Shown here one piece after another: positions 1 to 8,273 of a stretch of DNA of 64,000 bases (position 1 is the stretch's first letter; each line of letters begins with the position of its first letter). Location of the stretch: the IMG/VR virus record IMGVR_UViG_3300036819_000070; one strand, written 5' to 3'. This DNA comes from a virus. Taxonomy: Duplodnaviria; Heunggongvirae; Uroviricota; Caudoviricetes. The position numbers were made by a program, and so were the translations under genes. The notes beneath the pieces are model-generated. The model saw only the letters and a list, made by a program, of their open reading frames with translations. It did not search any database and was not told the DNA's origin.

Positions 1-1
1 G

Positions 2-850
2 ACAACAGACCACATTGCGCTGATCGGTGCGGGTGGCCTAGGCAAGACGTACGTAGCGGAAGAGTTTGCCGCGCGGCTAGGTGTGCCGTTCCGTCGGACT
101 AACTCAGCGACAGTGAAGACCATACCGCTGATGAAAAAAGCGTTTCGCAAGCTGGAAGCTAATTGTGTCTGGCTGCTAGATGAGTTTCACCTGATCAACG
201 ATGTCACGCGGGAAGGTTTGTTGTATGACGTCATGTCGGGTGATGATTCGACGGACGGTGATGACGGTGCTGAGCCTATTAAGGTGCCGCCGTTCACGCT
301 GATAGCCGCCACAACGGAGGGTGGCTTTACTCCGTCTATGGCGGATCGTTTCGGCGTGAAGTGCGCGCTAGGGTATTACTCGGTTGCAGAGCTCACCACG
401 ATCATTACGGGCCGCGCGGAGCATGACCTATTTTTGATTGATCCGGATGCGGCGCATATGTTGGCTGTTCGGTCACAAGGGGTGCCACGGGTGGCAGGTA
501 ATCGCCTGGCACGCGCAACCGATCAGGCTGTTAAGGCACGGTCCCGAGAAAAGATCACGATGGCGCACGCGACCGCAGCAATGGACCTAGAAGAAATTGA
601 CGCGCTAGGTCTCGGCACGCGTGACCGGATTGTGCTTACCGTGATCGCTAGTGAAGCAGGCGAACCTATCGGCGTGAAATCGATCAAGGCTGTTTGTGGC
701 TTCAACAACGTTGATCAGGAAATGTCGATTTTGAAGCGGCTAGGTTTGATCGCTAAGGCGCCTGGCACTCGCGGTAGTTGGGCCACGCGCGCCGCGTATG
801 AGTTACTCGACTGGACGGTGCCCCCGACGTGTCCGGGTGGTAAGCCGTGA
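2..850 (+). CDS. RuvB-like AAA+ ATPase (Holliday-junction branch-migration helicase homolog); 5' end cut by window edge
   Basis: Walker A LIGAGGLGKTYVAEEF lies at nt 2-80 in frame with ORF 83..850; Walker B LLDEFH; PFTLIAATTEGG and RSQGVPRVAGNRL blocks resemble RuvB sensor/Arg-finger regions. Confidence 0.75.
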   Translation, partial: TTDHIALIGAGGLGKTYVAEEFAARLGVPFRRTNSATVKTIPLMKKAFRKLEANCVWLLDEFHLINDVTREGLLYDVMSGDDSTDGDDGAEPIKVPPFTLIAATTEGGFTPSMADRFGVKCALGYYSVAELTTIITGRAEHDLFLIDPDAAHMLAVRSQGVPRVAGNRLARATDQAVKARSREKITMAHATAAMDLEEIDALGLGTRDRIVLTVIASEAGEPIGVKSIKAVCGFNNVDQEMSILKRLGLIAKAPGTRGSWATRAAYELLDWTVPPTCPGGKP

Positions 851-1394
851 GCAAGCTACGGGATGCGGCTGGACGTCGTGACCGGCGTCGCGTGTGCGCA
901 GTGTGCAGGGCATCGTTACCGGCTAGTGCTAGGGAAGGTGTGACGTATTGCGCGCGTCCTGCGACGTGTCGCCAGGCAGCGTACCGGGCTCGTAAGCGGG
1001 TTAGGTGATTAGCGGTAAGCAATAGGCCGTCACTGTTTGTAGGTGGCGGCTTTTTTGCTGCCCACCACTACTAGGCTGTTCGGGTGAAAACCGGTCGCAA
1101 TATCGGACATATCGCCTGGTGACAGGGTCAAATCCGGTCACACGCGCGTAGGATTTGGTTTGTAGTCGAAGTACAAAAAAATGGTGAGGCCGAGGACGCT
1201 AGGAAGCGTGCGCGGGAAGTCACCGGGAGATAAGCCGTAAGGCGACTAGCTCGGAGACTCGGACCGCGTACGCGGGTACAGGGTGCGGCTGCCATAACAT
1301 AGATCAAATATTTACGGGAACCGCGTAAGCGGTAAGCCGTGCAGCGTTGCGATGTCGGATGGTCTTGCCCACATTGCCCAGCACGCGCCTACGG

Positions 1395-1454
1395 TTCCCG
1401 AGACGTCCTGAACAATGGCGTGAGGCTGTCGGATCGAATCCGGCCAGGACTACT
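1395..1454. promoter_or_regulatory. Conserved ~55-nt 5'-UTR element, copy 1 (TCCCGAG..ATGGCGTGAGGCT..CGGATCGAATCCGGCC.GGA..ACT)
   Basis: Near-identical copy at 3171-3219; contains 7-bp hairpin GTCGGATCGAATCCGGC; sits ~40 nt upstream of a gene start. Confidence 0.3.
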
Positions 1455-1493
1455 AAGGCAGGTACGACTTGATCAAGAGAGGTGGGGAGCGCT

Positions 1494-1730
1494 ATGCCAG
1501 GCGATGAACTGACAGACGCACAGTACGCGCTGTCTGATGTGATTGGTGACATCTTAGACGCGGAGCCTGCTGAAAGCTGGACGCCGTCAGAGATGGCACG
1601 TAAGGCGCACACCACTACTAGTGAAGCGCGCACCGTCCTGCGATGGCTAGTCGCGCACCATATGGCGCTAGCTAGCGGCAATGATGCTTGGACTAGATAC
1701 AGTCACCGGCCACCACACTCAGGGATTTGA
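1494..1730 (+). CDS. hypothetical protein
   Basis: ORF 1482..1730; ATG at 1494 has GGTGGGGAG RBS 6 nt upstream (1482 is a GTG alternative). Confidence 0.4.
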   Translation: MPGDELTDAQYALSDVIGDILDAEPAESWTPSEMARKAHTTTSEARTVLRWLVAHHMALASGNDAWTRYSHRPPHSGI

Positions 1731-1753
1731 TACCGGTCAGGAATGGAGTCACC

Positions 1754-1942
1754 ATGTTGGATATGATGCTAGATCCGGACGCTGTTTACAGTCGCGAGAC
1801 TGGCGATTTCATCGGTACCGCTGTTTACAGTGATGGCCGTGATCATTACCGCGTGACCCCGTATGGACGTCGGCCATGCACGCGCACGTATTTCACGGAG
1901 GCTGTTGATTACCTTAACGAACTGTACGACGCGACACACTAG
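1754..1942 (+). CDS. hypothetical protein
   Basis: ORF 1727..1942 (TTG start); ATG 1754 preceded by GGAATGGAG RBS. Confidence 0.4.
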   Translation: MLDMMLDPDAVYSRETGDFIGTAVYSDGRDHYRVTPYGRRPCTRTYFTEAVDYLNELYDATH

Positions 1943-1960
1943 GCTTAGGAAGGGGTCGCA

Positions 1961-2242
1961 ATGTGTGGTTACAACTATAAGACGTGCAAGCGCGCTAGCT
2001 CATTCTGGGTTCAGTCCACTGTGATCCCACAAAACATATGCGTTTGCGCTAACCACCTGACCGCAGCGGTTCGTGATATGTCCGCTATGGCTTACGACGC
2101 GGTAACCGAACCGATTACTGCCACAACGATATCGTCGGATCACTCGCGCGTTAAGTATCACCGCACGGACAATCACGCGCTAGTGACCGTGAAAGTAATC
2201 ATGCCTCACCCGACACTTTCGGGCACTCATATTTACCGCTAG
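1961..2242 (+). CDS. Cys-rich hypothetical protein
   Basis: ORF with GGAAGGGG RBS before ATG; multiple Cys (CGYNYKTC..CVC). Confidence 0.5.
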   Translation: MCGYNYKTCKRASSFWVQSTVIPQNICVCANHLTAAVRDMSAMAYDAVTEPITATTISSDHSRVKYHRTDNHALVTVKVIMPHPTLSGTHIYR

Positions 2243-2248
2243 CGCCTG

Positions 2249-2270
2249 GCACCACCCGAACCCTAGCTGA
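2249..2270 (+). promoter_or_regulatory. Start-associated conserved motif GCACCACCCGAACCCTAGCTGA (copy 1)
   Basis: Motif ends 11 nt before ATG 2282; 7 copies in the left arm, all 9-13 nt upstream of start codons. Confidence 0.55.
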
Positions 2271-2281
2271 TCGGATACACC

Positions 2282-2413
2282 ATGTTCCGTCTGTATATTT
2301 ACGGATTCGAGCATTATCTGCCCGTGCGTATCTTGCTTATTGTCCTGAGCGTTTGCGTTCTGTGCTTGCAAGTGCCGATCTGGTATCGCATGTTTTTTTC
2401 GCCAGGCCGTTAA
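2282..2413 (+). CDS. small hydrophobic ORF (43 aa), uncertain
   Basis: ATG 11 nt after start-associated motif; hydrophobic product; below ORF-track size cutoff. Confidence 0.2.
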   Translation: MFRLYIYGFEHYLPVRILLIVLSVCVLCLQVPIWYRMFFSPGR

Positions 2414-2429
2414 TTACTCGCGTCACCCT

Positions 2430-2451
2430 GCACCACCCGAACCCTAGCTGA
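2430..2451 (+). promoter_or_regulatory. Start-associated conserved motif (copy 2)
   Basis: GCACCACCCGAACCCTAGCTGA ending 11 nt before ATG 2463. Confidence 0.55.
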
Positions 2452-2462
2452 TTGGACCTGAC

Positions 2463-3161
2463 ATGACCCTCGCGACCGTAACCGAGTCCAGCGTGACCAC
2501 TACTACTACCGATGCCCCGACGTTTGCGACAGTTGACGCTAAGGCGTTCGCTGGCCTGCTCACTGATGTGGTGCTGTTCGCTAGCAAGATCGAAACACTA
2601 CCGGGATTGTGCGCTGTTCAGTTGCAACGGGGCACGGTGGACGGTAAAGCCGTTATCGTGGCGCGGTCAACGGACCGTTACGCGCTGGCTGAGGGTTGGG
2701 TCCATTGTGACGGTGCCACCGTGTGGCCTGAGGCCACCATCCTCATTCCGACTGACGGGGTAAAACAAATCCTAGGTGTGTTGAAAGGCACCCCTAGGGG
2801 CGGTATGGCGATTGTGACCGTGACTAAGGACGATAAGCGTGGCGTGCTGACGATTAACGTCGACAATTTCAGGGCGCAGGCCACCGTGATATGTTCCGAT
2901 GGTTGCTTCCCTAGCGGCGTCAAGAGTTTGTGGCCGTCCGGTAGTGATGTGGTGCCCGCTGTGCGCGCGTTTGGTCCTACCATCATGGCGCGTCCGGCGG
3001 CTGTTGCTAAGCGCCGTAGCGAACCGTTGCGTATCCACTGGGATGGTAAGCACGCTAACGGTGGTGTCCTGATGAGCACCGGGCAAGATTTCCGGGTGCT
3101 TATTATGACGTACCGGGATGACGCCGTCGGTTACGCGTTCGCTGAGCCGTCTTACAGCTAG
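2463..3161 (+). CDS. DNA polymerase III beta sliding-clamp-like protein
   Basis: Blocks STDRYALAEG...ATILIPTDGVKQILGVLKG resemble DnaN motif TDGHRLA...VIVPRKGV.EL.R.L; shorter than bacterial DnaN. Confidence 0.5.
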   Translation: MTLATVTESSVTTTTTDAPTFATVDAKAFAGLLTDVVLFASKIETLPGLCAVQLQRGTVDGKAVIVARSTDRYALAEGWVHCDGATVWPEATILIPTDGVKQILGVLKGTPRGGMAIVTVTKDDKRGVLTINVDNFRAQATVICSDGCFPSGVKSLWPSGSDVVPAVRAFGPTIMARPAAVAKRRSEPLRIHWDGKHANGGVLMSTGQDFRVLIMTYRDDAVGYAFAEPSYS

Positions 3162-3170
3162 GTCTTAATG

Positions 3171-3219
3171 GTCCCGAGGATGGCGTGAGGCTACCGGATC
3201 GAATCCGGCCGGGATCACT
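3171..3219. promoter_or_regulatory. Conserved 5'-UTR element, copy 2
   Basis: GTCCCGAGGATGGCGTGAGGCTACCGGATCGAATCCGGCCGGGATCACT; matches 1395-1454. Confidence 0.3.
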
Positions 3220-3229
3220 CTTGCATTGT

Positions 3230-3243
3230 CCGAACCCTAGCGA
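3230..3243 (+). promoter_or_regulatory. Start-associated motif (copy 3, 3' half only)
   Basis: CCGAACCCTAGCGA 12 nt upstream of ATG 3256. Confidence 0.4.
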
Positions 3244-3255
3244 TTGGAAATAACC

Positions 3256-3663
3256 ATGTCAGCTACCGATAGCCCTACCGACCGCGCGGTATTCCATATG
3301 ACGCGTAAGCCTGACAGTCTCCGTCGGGAAGGACGCGATGGGCGGACCATTGTTGCCCGTTGGACGTTGTGGGTCAACGATGACCTATCGCAAGAGGTCA
3401 CCGCGCTTTACGTGTCGCATTGGCCTGGTAAGTACCGCGCGTCATTGAACCGCACACAAATGGCGGCGCCCAGTGCAGGCATGTTCACTGTTGAGACGTC
3501 CTCGCCTATGGACGCTATCGAGGTTCTGACGGAACCGTCTAAGCGTTACAGCGCTAAGAATCACCGCGCGTTCGTTGATAAAGCGATTGCGCTGGTCAAC
3601 GATCCCGATAACGCTAGCCGTTTCGCCTATAAGTTTGATCCGACTACGGACCCTAAGGACTGA
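3256..3663 (+). CDS. hypothetical protein
   Basis: ORF 3244..3663 (TTG); ATG 3256 follows start-associated motif. Confidence 0.5.
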   Translation: MSATDSPTDRAVFHMTRKPDSLRREGRDGRTIVARWTLWVNDDLSQEVTALYVSHWPGKYRASLNRTQMAAPSAGMFTVETSSPMDAIEVLTEPSKRYSAKNHRAFVDKAIALVNDPDNASRFAYKFDPTTDPKD

Positions 3664-3670
3664 TCCGAAT

Positions 3671-3898
3671 ATGGATCCCAACGAAACGCTGCGGTTATTC
3701 CGTGAGCGATACGCTAACTATTCGGCATTGTCTGATCGGCGTGAGGCTACGGAAGAGGAAGGCGGACTAGGCGCACGGGAAGATCTCGACCTAGAGATAT
3801 TGGACGAACTAGAATATGCGGCTGGTCACGCTCACGACCTATTCGAGTGGTTAGCGACCGGTGGATATGCCCCGGATTGGACGGTCACTAATGTTTGA
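3671..3898 (+). CDS. acidic hypothetical protein
   Basis: Internal ATG of ORF 3575..3898 just after the upstream stop; acidic C-terminal half. Confidence 0.45.
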   Translation: MDPNETLRLFRERYANYSALSDRREATEEEGGLGAREDLDLEILDELEYAAGHAHDLFEWLATGGYAPDWTVTNV

Positions 3899-4184
3899 GC
3901 AGGTCGACAGTACATCAGAGCATGATGTGATCGTGTGGGAAGTGGTCACGGAGGAAGATCTGACCCTATTGGTGCGGACGAACGGTAACGCAGGATTCGG
4001 GCCGGTCAATATCTGGGATGGCGAACGGTGGCACGCGGTCAAGTACCGCAAACATGCCGCGTGCCGTCAATTCCTGATGTGCGAAAACACTGCGGTTACG
4101 GCATTGCCTCACCCGATATTCGGTGATGTGCCCTCTTGCCAGCGGTGCGCGGACAAATTGGAGGCTATCCGCAATGGCACGTAG
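3891..4184 (+). CDS. Cys-rich hypothetical protein
   Basis: ATG 3891 overlaps the upstream TGA (translational coupling); C..C..CQRC cluster. Confidence 0.45.
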   Translation: MFEQVDSTSEHDVIVWEVVTEEDLTLLVRTNGNAGFGPVNIWDGERWHAVKYRKHAACRQFLMCENTAVTALPHPIFGDVPSCQRCADKLEAIRNGT

Positions 4185-4410
4185 TCGTTTCAAACCTGCT
4201 GAACGCGCGGTTTTCGTAGTAGGTGCCAAGATCGAATGGCGCAACGGTGGACACTGGCACCCTGCCGAGATTATCGAGGGTATCGACGTTGACGGCATCG
4301 GTGTCCAACGCGTGATGATTCGGCACACTGGCCGGACCACTCGCACCGTGAGCACTGGCGAGACTTTCGGCGGCTATCCCGGAAAGATCCGCGTCCCTAC
4401 TACCGCGTGA
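4174..4410 (+). CDS. hypothetical protein (MARSR- N-terminus)
   Basis: ATG inside the 15-nt junction AATGGCACGTAGTCG overlapping the upstream stop; the same junction recurs at 6230. Confidence 0.45.
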   Translation: MARSRFKPAERAVFVVGAKIEWRNGGHWHPAEIIEGIDVDGIGVQRVMIRHTGRTTRTVSTGETFGGYPGKIRVPTTA

Positions 4411-4478
4411 CCCTGCCTGCCCCCGTGCGCCCGTCCAGCTCACTGCTGACGGCCACGGGGCACCGGTAGGCATGCGCT

Positions 4479-4513
4479 GCACCACCCGAACCGAGTAACT
4501 CGAACCCTAGCGA
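4479..4513 (+). promoter_or_regulatory. Start-associated motif (copy 4, internally duplicated)
   Basis: GCACCACCCGAACC-GAGTAACT-CGAACCCTAGCGA upstream of GTG/ATG 4523/4526. Confidence 0.5.
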
Positions 4514-4522
4514 AACGAGCCC

Positions 4523-5470
4523 GTGATGAGCACTGCGACCGCAGTACGTAGCAAGCGACACCGCACCACCCGACCGGCGGCCAGTACCGACCGGCCTAGG
4601 TTCGATCCGTATCAAGAGGTGACCGATCAGATCATCGCGCTGTTGGAGTCCGGTACTGCACCGTGGCACAAGCCGTGGGATGCGGCTAACGGTGGCATGC
4701 CTAGGTCATTGTCTACCGGTAAGCCGTACCGGGGTATTAACCCGTTCCTCTTGCAGATGGCGGCTATTGCGCACGGGTACGCGTCGCCATGGTGGGCGAC
4801 TTACGACAATATCGCGTCGCGTGGTGGGCAAGTACGCAAGGGTGAGAAGGGCACCATGGTTATTTTCTGGAAGCAGTACGTCCGGAAAGCTACAGAAGTC
4901 GGCGAGGACGATAGGCCAGCTTTCGTGGCGCGTGCGTTCAAAGTGTTCAATACCGATCAAGCGGATGGTTTGACGTTGCCACCCATTGCGGAGCGGCCCG
5001 TTGATTCGGTTGATCCTATCGCGGCTTGTGATGCGGCTATCGCGGGTTATCTCGCGACCGGCCCGACGGTGCACCATGGTGGTAATCGCGCCTGCTATTG
5101 GCCAGATGCGGACACTATCAACATGCCAGAGCGGGACACGTTCGACGGTTCCGAAGAGTATTACGGGACGTTGTTTCACGAAAGCGTGCACAGCACGGGG
5201 CACAAAAAGCGTTTAGCGCGGCCCGACTTGCTCAATATGCACGCGTTCGGGGACGTGAGCTATAGCAAGGAAGAATTGGTCGCTGAGTTGGGGTCAGCAT
5301 TCCTGTCCGGTCATACCGGTATCACCGTCGTTACCCTGCCAAACTCAGCGGCGTATCTGGCCTCTTGGATTAAGGTATTGCGCGGTGATCATAAACTGCT
5401 AATCCAAGCGGCAGGGCAAGCACAAAAGGCAGCGGACCTAATCCTCGGCATTACCTACGATACCGAATAG
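4523..5470 (+). CDS. ArdC-like antirestriction protein (ssDNA-binding N-domain + zincin metalloprotease)
   Basis: N-terminal PWHKPW...GINPFLL region resembles ArdC-N/DUF1738; C-terminal HESVHSTGH (HExxHxxGH) zincin motif. Confidence 0.7.
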   Translation: MMSTATAVRSKRHRTTRPAASTDRPRFDPYQEVTDQIIALLESGTAPWHKPWDAANGGMPRSLSTGKPYRGINPFLLQMAAIAHGYASPWWATYDNIASRGGQVRKGEKGTMVIFWKQYVRKATEVGEDDRPAFVARAFKVFNTDQADGLTLPPIAERPVDSVDPIAACDAAIAGYLATGPTVHHGGNRACYWPDADTINMPERDTFDGSEEYYGTLFHESVHSTGHKKRLARPDLLNMHAFGDVSYSKEELVAELGSAFLSGHTGITVVTLPNSAAYLASWIKVLRGDHKLLIQAAGQAQKAADLILGITYDTE

Positions 5471-5477
5471 GTGCATC

Positions 5478-6023
5478 ATGTTCTCACGCACTAACGAATA
5501 CGCATTCCTTGCGAACGTTCCGCATACTATCCACGGTCTGCGGATCTTGCAGGTTTCCAGATACGTGCCTGGTGGTAATGGATGGTATGCCAGTGCGACC
5601 ATTGTCGCGCTACGGACCGATGACGCGACTTATTCGACTCACACGCTTATCGCTCAGGATGATATGGGCGAGACAATCGTTTGGTCTATGGAGCGCGGAC
5701 ACTACGATATCCGAACATTGCAGGACGCCGAACGCGACGCGCTAACGCGAGCTGGACGGATTGGACCACGCATAGAGATAATCGTTTGGCGTGATCCCGA
5801 TTCGAGTAATGAGGTTGCCGTATTTGTGGACGGCGTCGCAATCGACAATGCGGAAATAATCAACATCGACCCCGGTGCAGGTTGTTCCCGCAGCGACTGG
5901 GAAGAAAACGCGGCGAGTGCGGTAGCGGCTGCTACCCCGAAAGCTGCGGTGCTGATTGCTGATTGGTTCGAGCAGGCAGGCGATAGCCCATACATCACCG
6001 ACGACGACGACGACGACGATTAA
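5478..6023 (+). CDS. hypothetical protein with poly-Asp C-terminus
   Basis: 181-aa ORF; (GAC)7 at 6001-6021 encodes DDDDDDD. Confidence 0.5.
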   Translation: MFSRTNEYAFLANVPHTIHGLRILQVSRYVPGGNGWYASATIVALRTDDATYSTHTLIAQDDMGETIVWSMERGHYDIRTLQDAERDALTRAGRIGPRIEIIVWRDPDSSNEVAVFVDGVAIDNAEIINIDPGAGCSRSDWEENAASAVAAATPKAAVLIADWFEQAGDSPYITDDDDDDD

Positions 6024-6029
6024 GGGCAG

Positions 6030-6242
6030 ATGATCATCATGGAACGCACTACGTTTAGCCTGACAATGAACCTCACCGGCGCGACGTTCGATTACGATAA
6101 GGAAGGCGAGACGGCGCGACTGTTGCAAGAGGTCGCTGCGAAAGTGAGGGACGGAGCGGTGTCCGGTCCAATACGTGACGGAAACGGCACCACAATCGGT
6201 AGCTACACATTCGGTACCGACGGTGATAACGATGGCACGTAG
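6030..6242 (+). CDS. hypothetical protein
   Basis: 70-aa ORF directly after upstream stop. Confidence 0.4.
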   Translation: MIIMERTTFSLTMNLTGATFDYDKEGETARLLQEVAAKVRDGAVSGPIRDGNGTTIGSYTFGTDGDNDGT

Positions 6243-6477
6243 TCGGTTGCTCACGGTGGAAGGCGCGCGTGGTGTCGCCAGTTATGACCGGCAAGGATTT
6301 GTCACGGTCACGGTTACGTCCGGCGGTAATTCTACGTCGAACGCGTGGCGCGGCGCCGGACGGTACTACCGTGCGGCGCGTATGGCGCAGGAATGCAAAC
6401 GTGACGCTGCCCGGTATGCGGAAGAGGGTCGATACTTTGAGCGCCTACGTGCCGCTGAAATGACGCTGGACGATTGA
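6232..6477 (+). CDS. hypothetical protein (MARSR- N-terminus)
   Basis: Internal ATG of ORF 6175..6477 within a second copy of AATGGCACGTAGTCG overlapping the upstream stop. Confidence 0.45.
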   Translation: MARSRLLTVEGARGVASYDRQGFVTVTVTSGGNSTSNAWRGAGRYYRAARMAQECKRDAARYAEEGRYFERLRAAEMTLDD

Positions 6478-6530
6478 TCTTTTTTCCCGTGATGCATCGG
6501 AACGCTAACGAGTCTCCAGCCGTTCACACG

Positions 6531-6580
6531 CTCCCCTAGGGGGCCGGACGGTTGGCTTGCCCGTTGGGGCACTGTGCACA
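6531..6580 (+). promoter_or_regulatory. Conserved promoter-like element CTAGGGGGCCGGACGGTTGGCTTGCCCGTTGGGGCAC (copy 1)
   Basis: Second copy at 7351-7403; TTGGCT/TTGGCC -35-like hexamer; each copy lies just upstream of a start-associated motif. Confidence 0.35.
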
Positions 6581-6601
6581 ACCAACCCGAACCCTAGCTG
6601 A
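6576..6601 (+). promoter_or_regulatory. Start-associated motif (copy 5)
   Basis: GCACAACCAACCCGAACCCTAGCTGA then GAGGAG RBS and GTG 6612. Confidence 0.5.
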
Positions 6602-6611
6602 GGAGATCACC

Positions 6612-7100
6612 GTGCTGTTTATGAACGAGTGGGAAATCGATAACGCTTACCGGCGCTACCGGGATCACCCGGTATTAGGGCCAGCGACGATAACGCTCTG
6701 TGCGTTACGGGATGCGACTAACGCTTGCTCGGATGGTTGGGCGTACTGGCCTAAGCCGTGCCGCGCTGCCCGGAAGCTACAGGAATTGATCACGGGCGAC
6801 CCTACGCGTTCATATCACGATGACGAACGGGCGGACGCTACGGCAGCGAAACTACGGGCAGCGTTGGCACCTATCAAGGCGTTGCGCACCCGTGAGAGTG
6901 CCCTGACTTTCGAGATCACGGAAACGTTACCGGTCATTGTTGAGGCCACGCCGGAAGTCGCGGACGCGTATTCGATCACCGTAGACAGTCACCGGGACTG
7001 GCACACGCTCACATCTATGCGGGCCGAATTGTCGGCACTGGCGAACGTACTGGACGCCTTGCCTCCCGGTGAGTCAGTCACGATTAAGCGTCATCGCTAA
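6612..7100 (+). CDS. hypothetical protein
   Basis: GTG 7 nt after GAGGAG RBS, in frame with ORF 6552..7100. Confidence 0.5.
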   Translation: MLFMNEWEIDNAYRRYRDHPVLGPATITLCALRDATNACSDGWAYWPKPCRAARKLQELITGDPTRSYHDDERADATAAKLRAALAPIKALRTRESALTFEITETLPVIVEATPEVADAYSITVDSHRDWHTLTSMRAELSALANVLDALPPGESVTIKRHR

Positions 7101-7124
7101 CGAGCCGAACGGAGAACGATCACA

Positions 7125-7319
7125 ATGGATAGGTCATTAAGCGATGACGCACGGGCGGTTATCGCGGGATTGATAGCAGACGGCAGTGAGCACGACATAA
7201 ACAAGGACGGCATTACGGCAAGCGACGCCGTGTGGTCAGAGATTCGGGAGGCATTCCCTATCGAACTATTTAGGGCCTGGTCGACCGATGACAATTACAA
7301 CCCGGATGCCGGGTACTAG
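7125..7319 (+). CDS. acidic hypothetical protein
   Basis: GGAGAACGATCACA-ATG RBS context. Confidence 0.45.
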   Translation: MDRSLSDDARAVIAGLIADGSEHDINKDGITASDAVWSEIREAFPIELFRAWSTDDNYNPDAGY

Positions 7320-7350
7320 ATCTGAGTGTGTTGTCCAGGCGCCCGACCAC

Positions 7351-7403
7351 CCGACTAGGGGGGGCCGGGCGTTTGGCCTGCCCGCTTAGGGCAACTACCG
7401 CAG
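7351..7403 (+). promoter_or_regulatory. Conserved promoter-like element (copy 2)
   Basis: CCGACTAGGGGGGGCCGGGCGTTTGGCCTGCCCGCTTAGGGCAACT; matches 6531-6580. Confidence 0.35.
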
Positions 7404-7421
7404 CACCGAACCCTAGCTAGG
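7400..7421 (+). promoter_or_regulatory. Start-associated motif (copy 6)
   Basis: GCAGCACCGAACCCTAGCTAGG then GGAAGG RBS and ATG 7435. Confidence 0.5.
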
Positions 7422-7434
7422 AAGGCTGGACACA

Positions 7435-7698
7435 ATGACCGGTAACGATGGCAATACTGACAACACCGAACGGGTGGAAGCTGCGCACGTCGCGCTTAGG
7501 GCGTTCGCTGGACACTGCGGGCCGGATGAATACGGCACCAATCTAGGCGACCCTGATGAGTTTCTCACCATTGCGGGTGACCTGATCGCTAACCTCTTGC
7601 ACGCTGCGGACGCGGTAGACGTTGACGCGGACACATTGCTAGGCCGCGCAATCCTGCACTACTCAGCGGAAAGCACGACGCCGTACGACTTGCCCTGA
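7435..7698 (+). CDS. acidic hypothetical protein
   Basis: 87-aa ORF with motif + GGAAGG RBS upstream. Confidence 0.5.
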   Translation: MTGNDGNTDNTERVEAAHVALRAFAGHCGPDEYGTNLGDPDEFLTIAGDLIANLLHAADAVDVDADTLLGRAILHYSAESTTPYDLP

Positions 7699-7700
7699 AC

Positions 7701-7720
7701 GCACCACCCGGACCCTAGGA
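7701..7720 (+). promoter_or_regulatory. Start-associated motif (copy 7)
   Basis: GCACCACCCGGACCCTAGGA then GGAAGG RBS and ATG 7733. Confidence 0.5.
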
Positions 7721-7732
7721 AGGCTGGACAGT

Positions 7733-8074
7733 ATGGACGCTATCGACTTCCGCGAGGCTGGCCGCCAGGCGTACCTGGCTGGCGAACCGTCCGCGCCGTG
7801 GCTTAGCGCTGCGGTACGCGACGCCGTAGGCGCGTTGCCTGTAGGTGGTGGCGCGGCTGGCATCATGCGCGCCTACTCAGATGGGTGGCACGCGGCGAAC
7901 GCTGCCGCGCCGGTCGTTGGGGTGTGCACCATAGACGGGGTGACCCCGTGCCCTATGCATGCCGGTGCAGTGCACGTGCCGAACGGCGCGACGCTGGCAC
8001 AGTGCCTAGAGATGAGCAAGGCAGCGGCGAGGCAACCGCGCGTGCCGACGTTCACCGGGTGTAACGATGTGTGA
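7733..8074 (+). CDS. hypothetical protein
   Basis: 113-aa ORF; RBS AGGAAGGCTGGACAGT-ATG. Confidence 0.5.
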   Translation: MDAIDFREAGRQAYLAGEPSAPWLSAAVRDAVGALPVGGGAAGIMRAYSDGWHAANAAAPVVGVCTIDGVTPCPMHAGAVHVPNGATLAQCLEMSKAAARQPRVPTFTGCNDV

Positions 8075-8089
8075 GCTTTCCGTGACCGT

Positions 8090-8130
8090 CCCGTTTGCCC
8101 GCGCTATGCGGGCAGCGGGGCGGTTTTTTT
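8090..8130 (+). terminator. Rho-independent terminator (7-bp stem TGCCCGC/GCGGGCA + T7 run)
   Basis: CCCGTTTGCCCGCGCTATGCGGGCAGCGGGGCGGTTTTTTTG directly after stop of 7733..8074. Confidence 0.5.
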
Positions 8131-8132
8131 GT

Positions 8133-8273
8133 CTGTGGGTACCGCCATATGGGTGCGGTATCGCAGGACTGTCGCCCAGCGTTTGGGTACCGCCATCCGG
8201 GTGGTGCTATGGGCTACCACCCGTTTGCTACGAGCTGGGCTGGCCGGCGTTTGGGTACCGCCGAATGGGTGGT
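8133..8273. repeat. Three ~24-28-bp direct repeats GCGTTTGGGTACCGCC(A/G)(T/A)NNGGGTGGTG (iteron-like)
   Basis: Copies at 8133-8154, 8178-8205, 8246-8273, spaced ~45-68 bp, between terminator and next RBS; overlapping ORFs 8067..8285/8095..8328 show repeat-derived peptide periodicity. Confidence 0.5.
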
